Assembly (NCBI GenBank): GCA_039621445.1
Contig: CP154954.1
Location: 8,496,634 to 8,560,633 of the forward strand
DNA: 64,000 nucleotides
Direction of reading: 5' to 3'
Origin: Euglena gracilis
Taxonomy: Eukaryota
Positions 13,201 through 27,700 of the stretch are shown piece after piece. The notes below the pieces were generated by a model that saw only the letters and a program-made list of their open reading frames with translations, did not search any database and had not been told where the DNA came from. Numbering within the stretch: position 1 is the first letter of the stretch; every line of letters starts with the position of its first letter. A program made the translations under genes and the position numbers.

Positions 13201-15320
13201 TGTTATTTTTGCATGCATTTTAGCTGAAATTCACTGCTCGGGTTGAATCCTTGGTGTTTTGTTTGTAGGAGGAAGAAGGGTGCTAAAAAAGGGGACCCCA
13301 ACCAAGTAATTTTTGTCACTGTAAAGCCACCCACGTGACAATTTTGTAACAAATTGGACTGTTTGGTGCGTGGGATAAACTGTATGGGGGCATCATACAA
13401 CGTGGGAGACGGGGTGTCGCTTTGACCGTTCCCCCTTTGGCCCTTGGGGGGGGGGGTCCAGCCAGCCAGCAGCTTTTTTCCATCCTCAGACCTTCCACAC
13501 GTCCACGAGTTTTATTTAAGGGCGGGATGGTGACAGATTTCTTGGGTTTTGGGTGGTGCAAAATGGGCTAAAATGGGCAAAATTGGGCCAGAAAGTGCTG
13601 GTCACCTCAAATTTATGGTCAAAATGTCGATTTTTTGGATATTTGATATCTTTGGGGCCTTTGCAGTTTCGATCAGATTTTGGTCCCTGGTTCGACCCTG
13701 GGTCTTGCTAGTTCAGCCGGGCTGCCCCTATGGGGGAGGGATGTGTTCAGCCAGCAGTTCTTTTTTTCCGCGCCAGCCCAAATTATCCGCCTCGTTAACT
13801 GACACCCCCCTGGAACATGAATGATCTATATTTACCCCACAACCCCATGCGTTGGGATGATCAATCATGATCAAAGCAGTGGTCCAGGTGTGCTGCATGA
13901 GACGACCAGTCCTGCCGGTGAAGTCAGTGTCGTCAGTGAAACCACCGGGCCCACCAGCAGAACCGAAGCGAACAGAACCGGTCGCGGATGGCGCAAACGG
14001 CCACGCGCGCCGCCGTGAGGTTGGGATGCGTTGGCGCCGCCCTGGGGCCGATGCAGAACGGCCTGACCGCTGGGGCCAATGTGGTCGCGTTCGACAGCCG
14101 GGGCTACGTCATGACGGCCACCAATGCGCCCGAGCAAGCCCGGCTGAAGAACTGCCTCGCCTCGGGCAAACCCGTGCTGGCGTGTGTCACCTCTGGCAGT
14201 CCAACCTTACCCCACCCCTTCCCCAGGCTTGTGTTTGTTTTGTCTATTTGGCAATTTTTTTCGTGGCTGGTGATGCTTGTACAATGTCTTCCACCAATCA
14301 ACAATACCACACCATAGCAGCCTTTGAAAAAATGTTGTCGCACTGAGAAGAAGCCTTCGAAAAATTGACCCCCTCAGCACCACCCCTGTTCCATGCCCGC
14401 ATTTTCCACTGCATAGCCAAGGGGCGGTCCCTGTGCGTGCTCCATGGGTGACAGAGTCCGGAGTTTGAGATCTGAACCTGGAACCAAGAGATTATTATTA
14501 GGTTTGGTTTTGTTTGGTGACCCGGGGCAGGCCATTGCTCAGGACCTTGGGGGGGGCCAATTTGCTGGACACCGAAAAAAGCCACTTGCTCCACCTCCGG
14601 GGGGGGGGGGAGTCCGGGAGTCCCCCGACTGAATAAAAAATTTCCTCCGCCGCTGTGCGCCGACTCAGAAAAGAGGGTTTTAATGTTTTTTTCCCTGCTG
14701 ATTTTGTTCTTTAAAAAAGCCCATAAATGTCCAATAATGGCCATTTTCGGCCAGTTTTTTGGGGGTCAAAAATCGGTTTCGCGCAGTCACTGGAAAATAT
14801 TTTTTTCCACTCAGCTAGCTGTGTTAGCAGACCCCCCTGGGGGTCCACTGGGATTTCCAAATCTGGACCAGCTGCAGTCCAGCTCCCCCCCTGGGTTTCG
14901 GGTGCTGCAAACCCTTAAGCAATGGCCTGACCCGGGGAGGGAGGGAGGGAGGGTGGGTGGGTGGGCGGGCCTGGCCTCGCTGCCCCCGGAGGCAGGTTTC
15001 CCTCTATTTGGAGTGGAAGCACTCAAGAATTTTGACCCTCCCCACCCACAAAAGTGGGTTCCCCAGAGCCTCCCCCCCCCTGTGGTTGGGTCTGGGTCCT
15101 AAAAAATTCTTCCAAGGAGGGGTGGGGTTTCCAGGCCTCCCCTCCGTGACCCCCATGGACGAGATGGACTTCCTGTGGGTTGCCCGACCCCAACGGTGGC
15201 ATTTTGGGGGCTGACTGCGCTGCATCAGGCTGCACTTGCATCAGCATCCCAGCTAATCCAGAGGACTGCCATCATGTCCCACCAAAGTGGCTGACATCCA
15301 AATGCATGCGTGTGTGCGTG

Positions 15321-15404
<84 letters not shown>

Positions 15405-18400
15405 CGTGTAATGTGGTGGTGTGGGTGTGCATTTGTACGCATGTCTGTGGGTGTGCGTGCGCCTGAAAATCAGAATTCGAGCGCAAATGCTCAGCTGTTA
15501 AACACAATATTTCGCATTGCCATTACACTACAAAGCGATCGGCCTCTTTTCTTTGCGGCCCCCTGCCATCAGCAACACCCCGTTGTGGAAATCTGGGACG
15601 TGTACACCTCCCTTCACACCCCAGAGTGGGATGCACTGCAGTCTCCGGCTCCCGGCTCCTCATTTTGTGTCCAAAAACCAAAAAGAAAAACCTGGGCTTG
15701 ACGTTTTTAGCGGACGGGCGATGGTCCAGAGGCGCGAGAAATCACTTTTCCCACCAATGTCAACTCGGTTTTGCCAAACTATGGAAGTTTTTTTTGCAGG
15801 TTTTCCTGTGGATTTTTCATTAATATCCCGATCTCCCGCTCCCCACCACTGCCAGCTCCTTGCAAGTGGCAAAATTCTGAACCTTTGGTGCCCCCCCTCC
15901 AGACCTGTTTTGGCCACTGCTGGTGTGCCGCCCACGATTCCCTCGCAACAGGCGGAGCTCCAACTGTCTGGCAAGCGGTATATGGCGATTGTGGCCACCC
16001 TGTTCTCTGGCAGGGGTTGCGTTATGGCGTATTGGCAACTGGCTGACGGTGTGGTCCTTTGCACGTGAACTGTCACTTTGGATTTTCATTCGCGTTTTCC
16101 AAACCCCAGGGATGGTGCACCCCAACAGTTTCAACCAGGACCCCCATTTCACTAACCTAGTACAATGAGAAGGTCAAATCAATCAACGAGAATTTTCCTG
16201 AGCAAGTCGATGTCACCATTCAAAGTCGCAACCAATTCAGCGTTTTTTCCTTTTGACCCATCTTGAGCCTGCTTATTTACCAACTCAAAAAACTTGATTG
16301 CCTTCGAGATCCTTGACGTGGTCGTATTTCTCTTCACCAGCTCCGCTTCAAATTCGGACCCCAACTTCCTGATGTCAGGTCTCGTTTCAGGAAGAGATGC
16401 CAGTCTTTCCTTCAACGCGGCATTCGCTTCCGTCACCTCCTCGATCTTCTCTTGATAGCTCGATAGATCAGTCGATGACATCTTTGTCGCCAACAGGGAC
16501 TTTATGGACACTTCTTACTCATCTGATTCATAGTCCTCTTCTTCCACGCCAGTCGCTTCCATTTCTTGCAACTCGGCTGCCTTCACTTTGAGTTCTTCAT
16601 CTTTTCTTTGATAGAGAGGGTTGCTTGGACCTTTCCAAAGAGGATGAGGAACCAAAACCAACCTTCGTGAGCTTCCCCTGCGCTTGTCGCGTGAGTGTGT
16701 CGATGTAGCTTCTGATTGAGTCCACCTCTGCCTTCTTCATCTCCACATCTTTTGCTTTTTCCATCTCTCTCCTTGCAGCTCTCTCCTTCTTTTCCCGTTC
16801 ACGGCGAATCCTCTCTGATGAAGCTTGTAGCCTTAGGTTCTTTTCCAGTATCAGCTGGGATGACTCTTTGGTCATCGTGCAAAGGTTGAAGAAAACATCA
16901 GACTCGGAGAGACAGTGCCCGCTCAAGGCACTCGCAAAATACGATGCTGATGCCTCTGCTTGACTCCTGGAGGGCTGTTTCTGAAAGGAGGGCATCAGGG
17001 TTGAAGGCTGATCCATGAAGTTTGGGGAAACTGTCTGGAGGTCACGTTGACCTGTTGCAACAACAATAAGCCTGGGGGGCTTGGGGTTGTCTGTGTGTGA
17101 TGTGCCGATGACCCGTAGGTGTCTTCTGTCTTGAAGCCATTCAAGCTTGCGATGAACACAAATCGCTCGGGTCTGAGATTGATGATGGAACTTGCGAGAT
17201 TTCTGACACCTGCAGGATCGATGGTGGGTTGTAATGCAACAATGGGGCAGTGAACCCAGCATCGACAATCATCCTGCATATGTCTGTGAATGATCCGTTC
17301 GTCCTGACGTTCACTTGTTTTGAGTTGAGACCTGTCACTGGGATGTTCTTCAAGAAAGTCTTCAGTGACTGGACTTGGGAGAGCGATCCACACATTTCAA
17401 TGCACCCTTCAGGATTGTAGTGAAAACGTGCCACATTTTCAAATTCTCCTATGAAATGAAAGAATTGTGAGGTGTGGGAAGCAAAATGTTCCATTTGCTC
17501 TCTCGTCATGTCATTCACTTGACTGGCGGTTGTTTTAATCATTTCAATCGCCACTTGCAGTTCAGGGATCAGAAGTTCGATTATTCTTGCAATCTGTGGC
17601 GCGCACAAACTGAGGTCTTCCGGCTCTACGCCGTGGGATATTGGCCTGATGAGTGATGCAGTTAGAAATATGCCTGGCGTTGTATCATTTCTCCAATTAA
17701 ATTCTTGCCAATCTCGTGAAGCTGGACTCTGTAAGTGTTCTCGGAAGTCTTCTGCTTGTGTTTAATAGGACTCCAGATCGACTTCACCATACGATTCATC
17801 ACCCTTCACTGGCGGAGCAGTGGCTATCCTGCATTTTTCTCTCCATTTCTTCTGCGGCTTGGATATTTTCTTCATGCTGCTTTTCAGCCCTTAGACGAGC
17901 TGCCTTCTCCGCTTCAAGGCTCCTTTTTGACTCAATTGCAGAACGCACATTTTCAGCAGTTGATTCCGCACCTGTCCTCTTTAATTTGTGCTCATCAGGC
18001 TTTCATTTTGCAATTGGCGCAAATTCAGCTTGGGATTTTGCCTTAGCCTTGAGAAGATCTGAGATTGGTGTTGACATTTTTGGTCAGTTGGTTGGGGTTG
18101 GTAAGTGCTGGTGGTGTGTCCGTTATTCAAAGGCGATTCCTGGAGGCGTGCCGTTGAGAGGGTTGGTGTGGAGGGGAGGTGTAGGAAGTTGAAGTGGCCC
18201 CCTGGTGAGGAAAATTGTGTTTTTCATTGTTAATTTCTTGTTTCCCACAGCCAAAATGATGCCGGCACAGGCCATTGTGGGAGCTGAGGATGGCTTGGGA
18301 CGCCCACCCCCAGCGCCTTTGACTTTATGAAATCCCTAAAGAAAAAATAATCTGCGGATATGGTGACCGACTTGAATGCGGATAGAGTGTCAGTGGAGAG

Positions 18401-21400
18401 TTGGTGGGAGAAAGGTGGTTGGTTGGTTTTGGGCGTCCTTACCTTCTCAGACAAAGATGTGCGCAGCTCCGCGAACTTGCCCGCAAAGCGACGGTATTAC
18501 CCACTGCAATCGGGCGAATGTTTAGGCTGCCACTGAGGCCGTCCTTCCTCCATGGAATCAGGGTGGCCGATGAGATGAATGGCATGGCTTGTGATGGCAG
18601 TGGCTGCTTTGGAGAACGTACACAGCGCTGCCAACACCATTACTGCTGCAGCGGCGTCCACGCGCACTACATCCTGGAGGTGCTGGGGTCGGAGTCCATC
18701 TGGGCCTGCAGCAGCCGCTCTTGGAAAAGAGAGAAAAGTCTCACAGAGAAATTTATTCTAGTCATGTTGCTTTTGGGAGGATTCCTCCTTTGGGAGCAGA
18801 AACACTTTGGAGATGGGATCCACACAGATGACTTCTGGCCTTCTTGGATGCAAGTCTCTCATCTTGGCCTGCACCTTGGAGTCCAACAGGTCGTGCAACC
18901 CATCAGACATTGAGATGACGCATTGCCTTGCTAGATGCTCTATCTTCCATCAAGCCCCGCAACGTGTTTAGGAATGGGGCAGCCTGTCCACTTTGGTATG
19001 TTCAACTGCGAGTGCAAAGGATCTCGCGGCATATACAGTGTTTGTAATTAGGAGTGACCGTGGGGAATTTTGGTTTGATGTTGCAAATTTCAGATTGATC
19101 TTTCTCAAAAGCATGGAAGGGGAAAACCAAGGTATCATAAACAAGTTGCAGTTGAGATTTTGCTGCGATTTTATCACCAGACAATTTCGTTATTTTCTCA
19201 AGCTAGCTGCAGTGATTCTGTGAGATTTTTAGACCATCAGATAGCGCTTGAAAAGAGCTTTCAATTAGTGTGCAACAACATAGGTGAAAGCCAAGATTTA
19301 GAGGTGTTCAATCGAGGAAATTAGCACACAAACATAAGTTGAGCAACAGGCTTTGGGCAATCAAAAAACGAACTCGATGGAATTTGGTGAAGAGGAAAAC
19401 TGCGGAGTTTCCTACCACGCGAACTTTGTCAGCAACCAAACCAACGGAAACTGGTCCACTGAACTTCGAATATCCCTTGTAATTCAGTCCTCGTATGAAC
19501 TCTCATGTATCTATTTTTTTGACATATCACATGGCTCAGAACTGAACTGCAGGCTATATGTACGGTGGTGGGGCGAGGGCACAGAACTGAAAGCCCCAGA
19601 ACTGAAAGCCCCCGGTGGGGTTCAAGTTACAAGTTCAAGGTGGAAGGCTTACCAAGTGCATGTTATCAGGACAAGTGTCATGTTCAATATTTACTGGCTT
19701 CTTTGCTGGTGGTATTTGCAGGTCCTTTTCTGCTGCAGCAGTTCAACTGGCTGTTGACTTTTGAGGTGGCTTGAGGTGAAATGAACTTATTGGAAGGATA
19801 TTTATCTGGATTTGAGCACGTCAATGCTAAATTGCTCCATTTTGTTGGGATTGGCCAGACTGTGTATTTTCTCATTTTCTGTTGCTGTTCCCAGAAACTC
19901 GAAGGTTTTTGTTTGTCTGTCCATTTTGTTTGCAACAAAATGGTAATCTGGGTCATTTTGATTTGCTTTACAATGGTTTGAACCATTTTTTTTGGTGCCC
20001 CATCTTGGGGCCAGTTTTGGGGCCACACCTTTGGGCCAGTTTGGGGCCACTGGTGGTGGCCAGTTTTGGGCCAGATGTTGTGGTTGGTACTGGATTGTAC
20101 CACCCACCATATATGAATTCACCCCCAATGTAGAGAACCCCCCCCTGGCGACTGAATGCAGAAACCCCAAAGCAAAATTTTTACAACATATAGGCATTAC
20201 AGTAACAAAAGAAAGAAAGAGAACGGTAAATTCACTGATGAAAAAACATGAGGTAATAGGTGCTTTAACATCAGTCAATCATTTGGCTCAGCTGCCTCGT
20301 CTGGGTACAGGAACAGTGAGGCAAAATCATGTCCCTTTGAACCCCCCCTGTTTTATTTTGGAGAAAAATTTGTGAATCAGAAATCAACCACTTTTTTTTT
20401 GCTGAGCTTCTGGAAGTTTGCCTGTGCTTTTCAATGAGGGAACTGAAAAAAATTCAGTAAAATGCAAAAAAGAGTCAATGAATGAAAATGCAATCAATAT
20501 TTGCCAGCATTTAGGCATTTTTTTGTCATTTTTTTTGGGGGGGGCATTTTTGACCATTTTCCAGCCATTTTTTGGTCACATTTAAGTGAGGTTTTATGAA
20601 AATGGGAGTGGGAAACCAACAGAAGTCGATAATCATGGTAGCAAGAAACATGGTAAAATTTAGTGGCTCTGTATTTTGAAATGCGCTGCAAAAGTTGAAT
20701 TTTTTTTGTCAGAGAAGCTTTTTATAAATCATTTTCCGAAGATGTTGTCAACAAAATTTCCACCGGTTCCACATTGGAGCAATGAAAGCATGGTCGAGAT
20801 GGTCCTAAACTAAATATCACAAAACTTCGAAAGTAGTGGTAGTCGGTGGTTCAATAATATTTTTCACCGAATATGGACCCCCCCAGTTCTATCGGCTGCC
20901 CGGCATAATTGTTTGGGGTGCAAATATTTCAGGGGCTTCCAGAAGGGGGGGGATGGAAGTATTGACCCCTAAAATACTGCACATTCGGGAGAGATGTTGG
21001 TATATTGAGATATTGCAGCGGCCCCTCATCCAAAGATAATTTCCGCATCACCATCGTGTGGTATCAGCCTTGGGTCGTCACTGGCATCCACTCCGTGGAA
21101 CTCACGGCACTCATCTGCATCCTGCCCTGGTCGTTGCCCAACGACCGAGGGGAGAATACACAGCATGACCTTTTGCTTTTGGCTGGTGGCTGATGCGGGC
21201 CGTCTCTACCTGGCCATTCAAGCATTCAGTTTTTACGAATTTCTTCTATGAAACACATGGGAAAAACGTGGTTTTAGGAAAGTGCAGGGAAACATGGCAT
21301 GGGTTTGCCAAACCCCAGTGTGTTCCTTTCTGCACCTCTCACGGTCAATTCACGGCCAGCAGATACAATTGCAGTTTGGAACTTCCGGGTGCAAAATGAC

Positions 21401-23689
21401 AAAATGGAGAGGGGTATGCCCCAGCCAGGCTGACCAGCTGGGCAACCGGGGGGAGGGGTTTCAGGGGAACCCTGGAAACCGCCCCCCCCCCCTCCTTCCC
21501 CCAGCTCTGCCAACCCAGGGCCGGGAAGGAGGCTAAATTTTATGCGGTGCTGTTTCCAGTATGCGCAGGAGCAGGATTTAATACAGTATTTTCAATTGAA
21601 TCATAATTTTCACCTTCCAGCCTTGTTCATTTTCGTGTGTGGTGTCTCCCTGCCAGCGTGCTGACTGGAGGCAACCCACCCAATAAGAAGCTGTTATTTG
21701 TTTGTATGTTCAGCGGCCGGGCTCTGACCATGCTATCAACCTTTGTAGCCAGGACACCACGCTGGTCCAGACAGGAAAAAAGATGGTTGGCACTGGTTCT
21801 GCGGTTTTCTTCAGCTTTTCTGTTGATTGTGCCCTTGTTGTTGTTCAACATTACTGCATCCGCGGCTTTGGGGTTTTGGTGAGGATTCCCCTCCCGTTTG
21901 TGACTTGCGTCAAATCCCAATGTTGCGCAGACCCTGCGTCAACATTTTTATGCCTCTGCACTATGCCCAAACTCTGAGGTCCCTGGGTTTCAACTTTTTG
22001 GGATGCTAATTCTTCCAGAAATGGGCCACCGCCCCCGTGCTCAGTCCCACGTTTTTTGAAGCCTTCATTGTGGCTTCGAGATAGTGTTGTACAATAGGAA
22101 ACCACCCAGATGAAATGGTGGGGGGCGGATGGACAGTTCTACTGTCCACTGTGCACCTAGACCACCATACACACCGCACAATGACCCACAAAAGTGGGCC
22201 CCCTCCCAGTCAGTGCCAACCCCCAAGGTCCTGAAAGAATCTTCAATTCCCTCTCCTGTGTTACCCCCCCCCCCCAAATAGAAGCCCCTCCCCCCCTCGG
22301 GTTCCCCGCCCAAAAAAACAACAACCAAACAACAGCCCCCCCCCACAACCAAGCCGACCGACAAAGTTGACCAAATTTTTTCCAAAAAAAAATGGTGAAA
22401 ATCTCGAAAAATCTCCATGGAAACAGGTCGAAATCGGAAACAAAAGTGATATCTGGCATCTTTGAAACATGGCCTATCCACCCAAAACTCGGAAAAATGC
22501 GTCATGCAATTTTTTTGTTATTATTTTGGACCCCGTTCGATCTCCAGATCGGCCGCTGGCCGAAGGTTTTTCCTTTAGACAAAGGGTACCCAAAGAAGAA
22601 GCCCCCCCCACCCTCTGCAGAGTGACCGAATAGTAGCCCCAGGGGGCTTCTAATTGGGGGGGTTATGATGTGTAGGGCAAAATCCACGCCAAAACCCAAC
22701 TCCTCCCAAAAATATGGGCGAGAGGTGAGGGAGAAGTCTGGGGAGAATCATCGACTGGGTCCATTTTTTTTTAATTCTGGGCTGGAAATGGGTTAATTTT
22801 TGACTGGGGAAAATTTATGATAAGGTATAGTATGCCCTTGCCCCCCTCCCCCCGACCTTTCCCCTTCTCCCGAATTTTCAGCTGTCTACCTGTCAATTGA
22901 CAGTCTTCCGTGGGCGATGATGTGGTTTTGCTTTCTTTGGTGGGAGTGTGGGAAGGCATTTGGAACAGTTTCACAGTGGTTTATGCACACAAATGACTTT
23001 TTGAAAAAGGTAGGTCTATTGCGAACTCTCGCACAGCACAAAAGGTCAATTCACTCCCTTCACAGGCCCAGATTTCGTCTTTGTTGGAAACAGGCATGAT
23101 GGGCCAGTCTGGTGGGTTGTGGCTGTTGGCCGACCAGTTACTCAATTCCATCCACTCACATCCAAAGCTACTCCAAATCTCGGGGGGGGGGGTGGAATGA
23201 GCATTTTTCAAATCACTTTTTGGGTGCCCAAAATGTTTCGTCAGGTTTTCTTTTTGCTACCTCCTGTTTTCTTTTTCCTTCAGGAATAAAACCCCCAAGT
23301 TTTAAAGGGTCCCTCAGGCATACCTGAGGGAAACTTTTAAAGGGTCCCTCAGGCAAAATGAGAGGGAAACCATTGTGCATGTTGGTGAAAATTACCCAGT
23401 TTAGATTTCAACATTTGTTTCATTTGTTTTCTAAGGCAAATTTGCACAATGGAAAAGAAAAACTTTAATTTCGACATTGGTGCAATGATTGCACAATTGT
23501 ACAACGGTTGTCTATTTTGAAGTTATTTTCCTGTGAACGGGTCCACCGTTGGAAGTTGTCACCTCAGCCAGTATTCACTGATTTTGAAGCTTTTAAGTCT
23601 GTTAGCTTGTTTCAGCATTGATTTTGTGGAAGAAATAATATATTGTTTTTGTGTTTTTTGTGTACAAAAATTCATACAACACCTTTGGT

Positions 23690-23722
<33 letters not shown>

Positions 23723-24715
23723 TTTTTTTGTTTTTTTTTTTGACATCTTTTCATTTTCCTCTTTTCTGCAGGTTTCGTCTTTTGCAGACAAAAAATTCAT
23801 ACAACACCTTCTTTTTCACGGGAAATAATTTTCTTCTCAGTGGCACTTCCCTTGCAGAGGGAGGGGGGCAGTCTGCCCTGCCGCCGCTCACGCTGCTGGG
23901 CGTCTTCGGGGTGCTGCGACCGCTGACAGCGTTGGGGCACGCCATGCGGGCAGTGGCGCATGCCCTGAAGGAGGGCAGCGGGGAGGGGGAGGCGGTGCTG
24001 GCGCCACGGCGGCCCAACGTGTTCCGGGAGCACCCCATTGCCTCAGGCAATTTGCCTGGCGGGCCGGAGGCACACCGGGCACGGAAGCCGCCAGAATTTT
24101 TTTTGAAAATTCTTGGGCCAGAATGCATTGAGTTTTGAGCCGTTTTGACCTGAGTGGCGGGAGTGACCCCGGGGGGGGGTCAGATGTGAGTGAGTCCTAT
24201 TGGTTTTAAAAGTTATGAACGGTGTTTTTTTTAAAGGCTGAAAATGGCCACTTGGGTTGGTATACTCCGGGCCTTGGGGGGTTGGTGTGCTCCCGGAACC
24301 CCCCCCCCCCGGAGGTCCGGAAGCAGGGATGGCCAAATGTGCTCGCCTGGCTCTGAAGTATAAAAAATATCAAAATTCATTGCCTTTGAGTCATTCTGAC
24401 CAAAATGGCCAGAGTTGCCGACCCCGCCCCCCTTCTGGGTTTGGAAGTGACTGACTGGCTTTGAAGCAGTGTGGGCTAGTTTCTTTTTTTTGAATGGCGA
24501 CCCTTTGGGGGTCGGTTGGCAGTGGTATGGCGGAGAGGTGGACACCATCGGACAGGACTTCGAGACCATTGTGGTGGACTTCCTCGGCTTCTCCAGTGCC
24601 GGCTGGGGGAGGCAGGAAAACGGCCGACAAGAATGGGGATTGTGGTCAAAGGGAAACCAAAGTCAGTCAATCGTTTTATTTGTGTATATTTTTGGAAATT
24701 ATTGTAACTTTGCAC

Positions 24716-24759
<44 letters not shown>

Positions 24760-27700
24760 GTAGCTCTGCATATATCTGGATTTTTTTTGGTCTGTTGCTG
24801 GAAACGTCTAGAAGGGGGTGGGCTTCACTTGGGGGGGGGGGTAGTGTATTTCTGGCTGGCCCATTTTCAACGCGCGGGACAACCGGTATGCCCCCAAGGA
24901 CCCCAACGTGCCCTTCGCTGTCATCTTCACCGACATCCAGTCCAGCACGGGGCTATGGGGCGAGGACCCTGCAGCAATGTCCCACACAGGCACTCCAAGT
25001 TTTTGTACTTGTGAAATGAATCTGTTTTTTTCTCCAGAGATCTTCGGAACTCTACACACGCCACAAAAACCAATCAGCAATGAGAACGTTCACATCCCTT
25101 GAAGAGTGTGTCCACAGTGAGTGCATTTTTCCTTCTTGGGCTTGAAGATCAGGGCTTTGATGCTTTGATGCTGCTAAATGCAGATTCAGAACTGTGTTTC
25201 TTGATTTTTTTTTAGAACGTTCAGGTGGCCAAAAGGACAGTGCCTCCTTCCCTTTTGAGAGTTGTTACCCCCTTTGGCGGTTTCCGCAGCCATCCACAGA
25301 GGATCTGTGCACCATACCCAGTACCCCAGTACCCTGGTACAGAACTGCTAACCACCTCCGAGTACTGGCTTAAACAACCCCCCCTTTTATTTAAACCATT
25401 CCATCATTTACTCTTCTTCTGTTTGCCCTGACCAGGCCTCTGACCCGGGATGAGTGCGGTACGCACCCGACCGCCTGGCATCGGTGTGTGCAGGCCCACC
25501 ACACCCTCATCCGCGACCTAATCAGTGAGCACTGCCTCTACGAGGTGAAGACAGCGGGTGTCCAGCACTGGATAGGGCAATGCAATCTTCCCAATAATGA
25601 TACACCTTTTTTGGGGGAAAACAAGGGGTGATACACAAAAAATCATCTGAAATGCTATATTTTCTTCTGTTATATGATGAAGAAAACCATTAAATTATGC
25701 CACAATTATTTGTATATAGCATACAGCAGCAACTTTTTATTTACGAAAAGTGGTCACCAGGTCCATCAATGGTTTTTGGGCACTGCCCAAGTGACTTTGA
25801 AGGGGGTTGGGGCCAAGAAGATCAGTCCACTGATTTTGCAGGGGGCAAAGTTATTTGGAGGGCTTTACCCATCCCCCAGGTCAAATTGTCAGTGGTCACC
25901 CCCAGGCGTCTTGCCCTGGGCATTTTATCACCCCCACCTATGGGGGCCGGAATGCCAAACACACCACGAAACACGCAGTTTTGGTGATTTCGTGATGGTC
26001 ACGGATTCTCCGTGGGTTCATCCTTTTTTTTGCATCAAATTGGGTTTCAAGTCGACTGGGAATATGTCTCCAAAGGTCTGCAGTGTCATGGTTAATTTTC
26101 CTCTGACCCGGGTGGGCAATTGGCGCCCCCTGTCATTTGCCCCCCCCCCCCCCCCCGCCAAATTTGTCACCCCCCCCCATTGTGCTGCCGTTTGTCGTGC
26201 AACCGGTTTTTTGGACCCGGTTCGTCGCACAACCGTTGCCGAGGGCTAAGAAAGGTCGCTGAACTGAACATCAACTGCAGCAGACATGCGGCGCCCCCAC
26301 TCCACACTGCCATCCCGGGCTGGGGCCGACTCGTTCATGGTGACCACCGTCTCTGCCCGAGCGGCGCTCGCCTTCGCCCTGGACCTGCAGCGGGCGCTGT
26401 ACGAGTACGACTGGGACTGGGACCGGTGCGACGAGTTCTACCAGAGGACGACGCTGGCGTTCGTCCCGGCGGAGGACGCCGCGGCGTTCGACGACTACCG
26501 AGCCCAGGCTGGTCTTGGGCTGGCGGGGAGGGAATGCGTGTTGCATGCAGTGCACGATGATATGATCGCAGTGTGTTGCACTGCACTGCATTACTGCATT
26601 GCATTGCATTGTAGCCAGTGCCGAAGTGAGCACCAGACATGCCAATGCTGTACAGTATATTGCAATGTATTGTACAACACAGTGCATGTGATGGTGTGAT
26701 GGTGTGATGGTGTGATGGTGTAATGTGGTATGGTGTGGTATGGGTGGTCTGATATGGCACATTGTGGGGTGGTGTGATATGTTGTGGTATGTTACATTGC
26801 CTTTTGCTACTGTGCTACGTTCGTTGCAGTATTTTATGACATTGTCCTGTTGTTTTTCTGGCAGCATAAAGCAGGGTTCCCGTTTATGTCCTTTTCATCA
26901 ACGGTTTGCCTGAAGGTAAAAGTTGGGATGGTCTACGAGTCCGAATCGGAATCAGGGCAGAGTATTCATCTCCTCGCTCTTCCCCCGCTTCTGGGTGTAA
27001 TTTCTCCTGCTGCGGCACCATGTTTCCAGTTTCCATCCATTTTGGATACTTTCTTCTGCTCATTCGGCTCAGTGACATAGATTCACACTACGCCCTGCAG
27101 ACCAATCCATTATGGGATGGGCGAGGTGGCATTTGACGAGGTGTCGAAGGGCTACGACTATTATGAGCAGAGAGCCACCCCAGTTCGACAAAGCTCCATT
27201 TTTTTCTAGTTCTCAATTTCACATGACCGTCTATGAAACCACCCCTTGTGCATAGGTTGTTGGCAGAGGTGCTGGAAAAGTATGCGTCAGAGGTTGCAAG
27301 ATTCGAAACATTTTCAAAATGGCTGTCCAGCATTGGATGGGCAGCCTATGATTGGGGGGGGGGGTAGAAAACAACCCCAGGTGGGGGCGCAAACCCAACA
27401 CGGACCCTCAAAACATCCGCTGCAAAGGAACGGCAAATAAACGCAGCTTGGACGTTCTGCCATATTGGGTTCGGGTTGGACAAATAAAACCAAATGCTGA
27501 CTCCCAAAATAATACCCAACTCCCCCTGAGTGATCTCGGGCCCCCCAAAGTTTTCCCACGCCAGGCCCCACTGTGCCATCAACATGGCCCATTCCCTCAC
27601 AAGAGGGGGGGGGGCGTCAAGCCACACACATGTAGCCTGGTGAAGCATGAAGATATTGCAAACAAGAGGATCACATATTGGTAATTTGTTCCCCTTCTTG

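Noticed and set aside
14400-15190. Candidate exons near 14420 and 15140-15185
   Set aside because: Some cyclase exons probably lie between 14.2 and 21 kb, but boundaries are not supportable.
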